Assembly (NCBI GenBank): GCA_022822725.1
Contig: JAJEAN010000007.1
Coordinates: 9,435-73,434 of the forward strand
Length of the DNA stretch: 64,000 bases
Direction: 5' to 3'
Source: Candidatus Latescibacterota bacterium
GTDB taxonomy: Bacteria; JAAXHH01
Every line of letters starts with the position of its first letter. Position 1 is the stretch's first letter. Positions 58,043-64,000 of this stretch are shown piece by piece. The notes below the pieces were generated by a model. It was not told the origin of the DNA, searched no databases, and saw only the letters and a list, made by a program, of their open reading frames with translations. The position numbers and the translations under genes were made by a program.

Positions 58043-58762
58043 GTGACCGCAGCGTATTCCATCCTGCAGATCATCAGCGTATTGGTCTTCACCCTGCTGT
58101 TCGGGATGTCGGCCATGTTGCTGTCTCCGTTCAATCCTTCGGGCCGGCTGGTACACTGGTTCGCCCGTTGGTGGGCGCGAACCCTGTTATGGGTAGGCCG
58201 CGTGCCGGTCCGCCTCGAAGGGCTGGAAAACATCCCCGGGGGGCAGCCGTGTGTGCTGGTCTCCAATCATGCCAGTGCGGCGGACATACCCATCCTGTTC
58301 GGTTCGCTGCCCATCCAGTTCAGGATCATCGCCAAGGACTCCCTCTTCCACATACCGATCCTGGGATGGTGCATGCGCCTGGCAGGGTACATCAGCATCA
58401 ACCGTACTAATCCGAAGAAAGCCATGCGGAGTCTGCGGAAAGCGGCACGGCAGATCAGGGACGGATATCCCGCCGTGGTCTTCCCGGAAGGCACGAGATC
58501 GAGGACCGGTGAACTGCAGCCGTTCAAGGCCGGCGCATTCCTGCTGGCCATTGAATCGGGCGTGCCCGTCGTGCCGGTGGGGATTTCAGGCAGCTTCGAC
58601 ATCCTCGTGCGCGGCAGCATGAGAATCCGGCCGGATGCACGGGTCGCCGTGCGCATCGGTCCACCCATAAAAACCAACGGATACACCTCGAAGGACCGGC
58701 GCGGGTTGGCCGAAAAGGCCCGGATGGCCGTTGAAGACTGCCTGCAGCCGGATGGACCGTAG
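58043..58762 (+). CDS. plsC: 1-acyl-sn-glycerol-3-phosphate acyltransferase
   Basis: NHASAAD (HX4D) and FPEGTRS motifs. N-terminal TM. GTG start. Confidence 0.85.
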   Translation: MTAAYSILQIISVLVFTLLFGMSAMLLSPFNPSGRLVHWFARWWARTLLWVGRVPVRLEGLENIPGGQPCVLVSNHASAADIPILFGSLPIQFRIIAKDSLFHIPILGWCMRLAGYISINRTNPKKAMRSLRKAARQIRDGYPAVVFPEGTRSRTGELQPFKAGAFLLAIESGVPVVPVGISGSFDILVRGSMRIRPDARVAVRIGPPIKTNGYTSKDRRGLAEKARMAVEDCLQPDGP

Positions 58763-58988
58763 GGATGGCGCGCCAGGTCGATTCGGTGTGTTGGATATGG
58801 ATGAATCCCTGTGCGACATGGTCGTCTCCGACTTGAGAGCGTTGTCGGACCGGGTGATCGGACTGGAAGTCTGACGGTCGGAAGATCAGTGGGAAACCGG
58901 CTGTCGAATCAATATCGGGAAGAGATCCGGGTTTCGTCCTGCTGATCGAAGGCGATCAATCACTACCAACCCTATAAGGAGCTGTGCC

Positions 58989-59528
58989 ATGAAACGACGT
59001 CTTGTCACGTGGATTCCGGGTATGTTCATCGCCGTCTTCGCCCTGGGCTGTACGGAGAGCGTCCCGCCAGCCGAGGAAGCATCTCCCGCTATGGATGCGG
59101 CCACGACCGAGAGCGATATGGAGCACAGCCTGCTGGCGGAGCACATGGCCGCGGAAGCCATGCTGACGGCGCACTTCGTGGCCGCCGCGGTCAAGGCGGG
59201 CATGAGTGTGGAAGAGATTAACGGCGTGCTGGCCTCGGTCGCCGACGGATCCGCCATCAGTGAATTCTGGGTCAGCGACGAGAACGGTGCGGTAGTTTAC
59301 ACGAATATAACCGGGATGGAATTCGCCTTCCCCACCGACCCTGAGGCCGATTCCCAGGCGGCGCCGTTCTCGACGCTGCTGACCGGCGAACAGTCTGTCG
59401 TCGACCAGGATTTCATGCCCCGCGCAGTGGACGGCATGGTCTATAAGTACGTTGGCGCGGCCGGGGTGGACCAGGCGCGCATCGTGCAGGTGGGGGTGGC
59501 CGCGCCGACCGCGTCGGATTCGCCCTGA
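58989..59528 (+). CDS. hypothetical lipoprotein
   Basis: Signal peptide with lipobox ALGCTE. 179 aa, acidic. Confidence 0.5.
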   Translation: MKRRLVTWIPGMFIAVFALGCTESVPPAEEASPAMDAATTESDMEHSLLAEHMAAEAMLTAHFVAAAVKAGMSVEEINGVLASVADGSAISEFWVSDENGAVVYTNITGMEFAFPTDPEADSQAAPFSTLLTGEQSVVDQDFMPRAVDGMVYKYVGAAGVDQARIVQVGVAAPTASDSP

Positions 59529-59586
59529 TCGTCCGGCACGCCCTGCCCTGATCGTCCGGCACGTCCTGCCCTGATCGTCCGGCACG
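59523..59586. repeat. tandem direct repeat, 23-bp x 2.8 (CCCTGATCGTCCGGCACGNCCTG)
   Basis: The first unit contains the lipoprotein stop codon (TGA 59526-59528). Each copy carries a TGA. Confidence 0.9.
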
Positions 59587-59650
59587 CAAGATTGCTCCAG
59601 GTCCTATTCATACCTGCCGTGTTACTTCCAGGAAGCGAACGGAGTCTTTG

Positions 59651-61585
59651 ATGCACACCATTACGGCCCGTATCCATTACGAGATAACGCCCCCCTGGGC
59701 AATTCTCGAGCGGAAGCTCATCGATACAATCAACGAAGCGGTCCATCCCTATATCGAGAAATACACCCGCCCGGACGGGTCGCTGATCTGGGCGGACACC
59801 TGGTCGGGCAGCCGGGACGGGATGGATGATTTCTACGAGGCGTTCACCAATTTCGCCCAGTTCTACAGCCTGGGCGGCGGCAATCATCTGCTGGAAGCGG
59901 CGGACCGGCACTGGGACGCCATAACCCGGCAGCTGACGCGCTTCGGACGGATTTACAGGGAGTACGAACGGGGATACGACCAGTTTCACCAGAGCGAGAG
60001 CTACATCTACTTCTATCATCTCTGCCTTGCCGATCCCACCAATCCCAAGCTTAACGACCGCGCCCGGAGATTCGCCGGTTTCTATCTGAACGAATTCCCC
60101 GACGCGCCGAACTACGATCCGGTCCATCGCATCATCCGGGCGCCCCACACCGGAAGCGGCGGCCCCGCCTGGGGGATGAGCGAGGACGACAGCCAATTAT
60201 CGTATAATCCCGGTTCCGGCAGCATGCGGGTTTACGGCCTGCCGCTGACCGACGTGCCCGGCATTACGCACGTGGACGATCTACAGGACCCCGCGAAGGC
60301 GCGGGCCATGGGCAAGGCTATGGCCGAGCGGTTCCGCGAGGGCGACGTGGGGAACAACCTGAATGTCAACGGACTCATCATGAACGCCTATCTGATGACC
60401 GGCGACGACAAGTACCGGGACTGGTTGCTGGAGTATGTCGGCGCCTGGCTGGACCGCGCCCGGGAAAACGGCGGGCTCATGCCGGACAACGTGGGGCTGG
60501 ACGGACGCGTGGGCGCCCTGCACAATGGGAAATGGTACGGCGGACTCTACGGCTGGACATGGCCTCACGGGTTCCACAGCCTGGGACTCGCCGCCATCAC
60601 AGCGTCCAACAACGCGTATATGCTCTCCGGGGACCCGGGCTTTTTCGAGTTGCCGAGGGGCATGATCGATCGCCTGCTGGAGGAAGGTATCGACGGCCAT
60701 TTCGACGAAATGGCGCCCAAGATGAGCTTGCGGGAACACTACATCGGCGTTGACCGGAGTCTCGGTCCCGGCCGGAGGACTTTTTTCACGCCCTACCGGT
60801 ACGGAGACCAGGGCTGGATGGACTACCAGCCCATGCCCGTGACCTATCCCCTGAACGTGTGGAATGTCTCGGAGGCCGAAGAGGACCGGGCACGCATGGA
60901 CTACCTGCGCGAACGCAGCGGCTATGACTGGTCGGCCGTGGTGCCCTTCAGGGACAAGGGCGACATGCATCACGACGAACCCTGGCTGCTCTACCTGCGG
61001 GGAGAGAACCCGGACTACCCGGAACGGATGCTGGGTGCGGCGCACGCCCAGGTGTGCCACCGGCTGGCGCAGATCCGCGCCGACGATTCGGACCTGGAAG
61101 CCGGGCCGTATATACATCTGTGGCAACAGGTACAGCCCGTGACCACCGAGGCCCTTGTACAGCTCACCATGGGATGTCCCCAGGTCATCTACTACGGCGG
61201 GATCCCCAACGCGCGGCTACGCTACTACGACGCCGACCGCAAACGCCCCGGTCTGCCGGCGGACACGGCCGCCCTCGTCGACCGGATCGAACCGTCCCGC
61301 GTGGGCGTGCACCTGGTCAACCTGCATCACACGGAAACGAGGAGGGTCATCCTGCAGGCCGGCGCCCTGGCCGAGCACGCCTTCCGAAAAGCATCCTACG
61401 ATACGACCGATACGCCGTACCCCGGTGCGACAGGTGCATACGCTGCGACACGGACCTCGGAGCGTACCGAGACCATGCCGGTAGACGGTTCCCGCCTGCT
61501 CGTGGAACTGCCGCCGGCCACCCGGATCCACCTGGACCTGGAGATGGCCCGGTACGTCAACAGGCCGAGGTACGAAACCGCCTGA
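59651..61585 (+). CDS. large uncharacterised cytoplasmic protein (about 645 aa), possibly carbohydrate-active
   Basis: ATG 59651 with GGAG SD. No signal peptide. No confident family match from sequence alone. Convergent with the GH5-like gene. Confidence 0.5.
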   Translation: MHTITARIHYEITPPWAILERKLIDTINEAVHPYIEKYTRPDGSLIWADTWSGSRDGMDDFYEAFTNFAQFYSLGGGNHLLEAADRHWDAITRQLTRFGRIYREYERGYDQFHQSESYIYFYHLCLADPTNPKLNDRARRFAGFYLNEFPDAPNYDPVHRIIRAPHTGSGGPAWGMSEDDSQLSYNPGSGSMRVYGLPLTDVPGITHVDDLQDPAKARAMGKAMAERFREGDVGNNLNVNGLIMNAYLMTGDDKYRDWLLEYVGAWLDRARENGGLMPDNVGLDGRVGALHNGKWYGGLYGWTWPHGFHSLGLAAITASNNAYMLSGDPGFFELPRGMIDRLLEEGIDGHFDEMAPKMSLREHYIGVDRSLGPGRRTFFTPYRYGDQGWMDYQPMPVTYPLNVWNVSEAEEDRARMDYLRERSGYDWSAVVPFRDKGDMHHDEPWLLYLRGENPDYPERMLGAAHAQVCHRLAQIRADDSDLEAGPYIHLWQQVQPVTTEALVQLTMGCPQVIYYGGIPNARLRYYDADRKRPGLPADTAALVDRIEPSRVGVHLVNLHHTETRRVILQAGALAEHAFRKASYDTTDTPYPGATGAYAATRTSERTETMPVDGSRLLVELPPATRIHLDLEMARYVNRPRYETA

Positions 61586-61613
61586 CCGGCGGACCCCACG
61601 GCTGAATCGGCGA

Positions 61614-62606
61614 TCACCCGGTGAATTCGAACCGCCGGATGAGGTCCGGTTCCCCGGGGTCGAGCGGGGTGCCGTCGGGATGCATCATGTCGTGCTGCCA
61701 GATAGCCGGAGTGGGATCGCCCTGCTTCGACTCCCAGGCCAGGTAGGTCTGCGTCCTCCCCGCCACGAGCCCCCAGTTGTACCAGCCGATCCGGTTTTCC
61801 GCGAACACGGGCAGCATCTCCGCGAAGGTGTTGCCGTGGTGCCGCCGCAGCCACTCCGTGCAGATCACGGGCCGGCCGTGCGCACTACACCGGGCAAGGC
61901 TGGGACCGATGTCTTCGGCCGCCCCGTAGTAGTGGAAAGTAACGATGTCGGACAACTCGAACAGCAATGCGGAGAGGTCGTCTTTGAAGGCATTCCAGGT
62001 CCAGGGTCCCGTGGTAAGCGGCTGCGTGGGGCCGGTGGAACGTGCCCATTCGAAGGCGTCCTCGACGAGCGGCTGGCTCCGCAGTTCGTCGTCCGGTTCG
62101 TTGTACAGGTCCCAGGCCAGCACGCGCGGGTCTGATCCGAAACTGCCGACGATGTCCTTCACGTAGCGCTCCAGTCCCGGCCAGGCGCCCCGGTCGGCGA
62201 GGCGCTCGAAACCCGGACTCGGCACCCACTGGCTGTTGTGCACGCCGGCCACCGGGCCGTCCTGGGGACCCAGATAGGGGTCGCGTCCCCCGAAGAAGCA
62301 ATCGCAGAAGAGGATGACCATGGTGCTGACGCCGTGCCGCGACGCAATGGCCAAGAACCTGTCCAGCCGCTCTTTCAGGCCCTCGGGGTCGTGTTCCCAG
62401 ACCAGGTATTGCACGAAGATCCGCACGCTGTTGTAGCCCGCCGCCGCGGCCCACCCCAGTTCCTGGTCGATGGTTTCCGGGTCGAAAGTGGGCGCCTGCC
62501 ACATCTCGGTCATGTTCACGGCCGTTCGCGGCAGGTAGTTGCAGCCGCGGATCACGCCCGTATCGCGGTACCATGCATGGGCTTTTTCTTCTGACCACTT
62601 TCTCAT
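61614..62606 (-). CDS. glycoside hydrolase family 5-like (cellulase-family TIM barrel)
   Basis: WDLYNEPDD (catalytic acid/base NEP) and VICTEW (nucleophile TEW). ATG 62606 with GGAAAGG SD. No signal peptide. Confidence 0.75.
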   Translation of the reverse strand: MRKWSEEKAHAWYRDTGVIRGCNYLPRTAVNMTEMWQAPTFDPETIDQELGWAAAAGYNSVRIFVQYLVWEHDPEGLKERLDRFLAIASRHGVSTMVILFCDCFFGGRDPYLGPQDGPVAGVHNSQWVPSPGFERLADRGAWPGLERYVKDIVGSFGSDPRVLAWDLYNEPDDELRSQPLVEDAFEWARSTGPTQPLTTGPWTWNAFKDDLSALLFELSDIVTFHYYGAAEDIGPSLARCSAHGRPVICTEWLRRHHGNTFAEMLPVFAENRIGWYNWGLVAGRTQTYLAWESKQGDPTPAIWQHDMMHPDGTPLDPGEPDLIRRFEFTG

Positions 62607-62648
62607 GACATGCCTTTCCGGTTCATTCACGTACGTCGGGCTGCGCCG

Positions 62649-63245
62649 TCAGTCCGGAAGGTCCGCAAGCGACTTCAGTACGTCCGCGATCCGTCCAAGC
62701 GCGAGGGCCCGGTGGCTGATCCGGTTTTTCACCCCGGCGTCCAGTTCGGCGAAGGTGTTTTCGTAGCCTGTGGGCGCGAACAGCGGATCGTAGCCGAATC
62801 CCGCGTCGCCCCGCGGCGCCATAAGGATCCTCCCTTCACAGGTTCCTTCCGCGGTCCAGGAGCGCCCGTCGGGGACCACGACCGCCACGACGCATCGAAA
62901 CCGGGCCGTGCGGTCGGCGGCGGAGATCCCGTCCAGGGCGTCTAGCAAGCGTCGCATGTTGTCCTGGTCGGTGGCATCCGTTCCGGCATACCGTGCCGAG
63001 TAGACACCGGGCGACCCGTCCAGGGCATCCACCTCCAGGCCCGAATCGTCCGCCAGCGCCGTCCTTCCGGTGTACCGCGAGACGGCCCGCGCCTTGATGA
63101 GGGCGTTTTCCTCGAAGGTCCGGCCTGTTTCCTCCGGTTCGGGGCAACCGGGAAAAGACGCGGCCGGCACGACCCGCACGCCGGGCAGCAATGCCCTGAT
63201 CTCGGAGATCTTGCCCGGGTTGCGCGTGGCCAGGACGAGGGTCAT
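62649..63245 (-). CDS. rdgB: non-canonical purine NTP pyrophosphatase (RdgB/HAM1)
   Basis: LVLATRNPGKISEI, DDSGLEVDALDGSPGVYSARYAG, and FGYDPLF motifs. Confidence 0.9.
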   Translation of the reverse strand: MTLVLATRNPGKISEIRALLPGVRVVPAASFPGCPEPEETGRTFEENALIKARAVSRYTGRTALADDSGLEVDALDGSPGVYSARYAGTDATDQDNMRRLLDALDGISAADRTARFRCVVAVVVPDGRSWTAEGTCEGRILMAPRGDAGFGYDPLFAPTGYENTFAELDAGVKNRISHRALALGRIADVLKSLADLPD

Positions 63246-63254
63246 GTTCGTAGC

Positions 63255-63986
63255 CTAGTCCCGGGCCAGCGCCTGTTTCTGTAGGTCGATCAACCGGTTT
63301 ACGCCCTGTTTGCCGAGGTCGAGCATGGCGGCCAGTTGGTCGGTAGAGAAGGGGTGGTGTTCGGCGGTGCCCTGGATTTCCACCAGGTCGCCTTCGCCGG
63401 TCATGACGAGGTTCATGTCGACGTCCGCCGTGGAGTCCTCGTCGTAGCACAGATCGAGCATGGGTACGCCGCGGACGATGCCCACGCTGATGGCGGCGAC
63501 CGCGTCCCGTACGGGGTCACGATCGATCAGTCCCTGTCGCAAAAGCCAGGACACCGCGTCGCGAAGGGCCACGTAACTGCCGGTGATCGACGCGGTCCGG
63601 GTTCCCCCGTCGGCTTCGATGACGTCGCAATCGATGAGGATGGACCGTTCACCCAGGCTGTCCAGGTCGAAAACGGCGCGGAGCGACCGCCCGATGAGCC
63701 GCTGGATCTCCTGCGTGCGACCGGAGACGCTGCCGCGCCGGCCGTCGCGGGACACCCGCGTGTTCGTGCTTCGCGGAAGCATGCCGTATTCCGCCGTGAC
63801 CCAGCCCCTGCCGCTTCCTTTGAGGAATGGCGGTACGCTCTCGTCCACACTCGCGGAACAGAGCACGGTCGTGCCGCCCATGGAAATCAGCGCCGATCCT
63901 TCCGCGTGACGAAGGTAGTTGCGCCGGATCTCGACCGGACGCAACTGGTCGGTCCCCCGGCCATCGATTCTGGACGCAGACGCCAC
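63255..63986 (-). CDS. rph: ribonuclease PH
   Basis: [23 protein letters not shown], and [18 protein letters not shown] align with E. coli Rph. Classic rph-rdgB pairing. Confidence 0.9.
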   Translation of the reverse strand: MASASRIDGRGTDQLRPVEIRRNYLRHAEGSALISMGGTTVLCSASVDESVPPFLKGSGRGWVTAEYGMLPRSTNTRVSRDGRRGSVSGRTQEIQRLIGRSLRAVFDLDSLGERSILIDCDVIEADGGTRTASITGSYVALRDAVSWLLRQGLIDRDPVRDAVAAISVGIVRGVPMLDLCYDEDSTADVDMNLVMTGEGDLVEIQGTAEHHPFSTDQLAAMLDLGKQGVNRLIDLQKQALARD

Positions 63987-64000
63987 GGCTTCTTCCTTTA

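Overview
This is a 64-kb, high-GC (about 65%) bacterial chromosomal segment with roughly 60 tightly packed protein-coding genes on both strands. I found no rRNA, tRNA, CRISPR array, transposase or integrase. The most unusual signal is non-genic: at least 12 different short tandem direct repeats (7-36 bp units, 2-6 copies), most sitting immediately after or overlapping stop codons. Other points worth a second look: an orphan MurT homologue without GatD, co-oriented on the minus strand with a VOC gene (35-bp gap) and a TAT-exported PLP aminotransferase (81-bp gap); a candidate small RNA module next to korA; a DarA-type c-di-AMP receptor; an RseB-like protein with a PEP-CTERM-like tail; and an HU-TPR fusion.

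Recognisable modules:
- **Efflux:** an RND permease plus membrane-fusion adaptor at the window start, and a TolC-family outer-membrane protein at 38581..39942.
- **Arsenic resistance:** an arsR-arsC-acr3 operon with a 30-bp palindromic operator candidate upstream.
- **Carbon metabolism:** korAB (2-oxoglutarate:ferredoxin oxidoreductase).
- **Sugar catabolism:** ThuA-Gfo/Idh/MocA fusion, aldo/keto reductase, xylose-isomerase-like TIM barrel, DHDPS-like protein and a second Gfo/Idh/MocA oxidoreductase.
- **Thiamine:** a thiO-thiS-thiG-thiE operon preceded by a clear TPP riboswitch.
- **Envelope stress:** an ECF sigma / anti-sigma / RseB-like module.
- **Iron/outer membrane:** a TonB-dependent receptor with a DUF4249 lipoprotein.
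- **DNA repair and quinone synthesis:** a DinG-family helicase, then ubiA-ubiE-ubiX-nth linked by ATGA start/stop overlaps.
- **Housekeeping:** plsC, and rdgB-rph at the window end.

Several signatures suggest a high-GC member of the Fibrobacteres-Chlorobi-Bacteroidetes group: a type IX secretion (T9SS) C-terminal sorting domain on a metalloprotease, DUF4249 next to the TonB receptor, DUF2851, and HU paralogues. This is inference only.

The ORF track labels TTG and GTG starts as M. Several starts were re-placed by hand for that reason.
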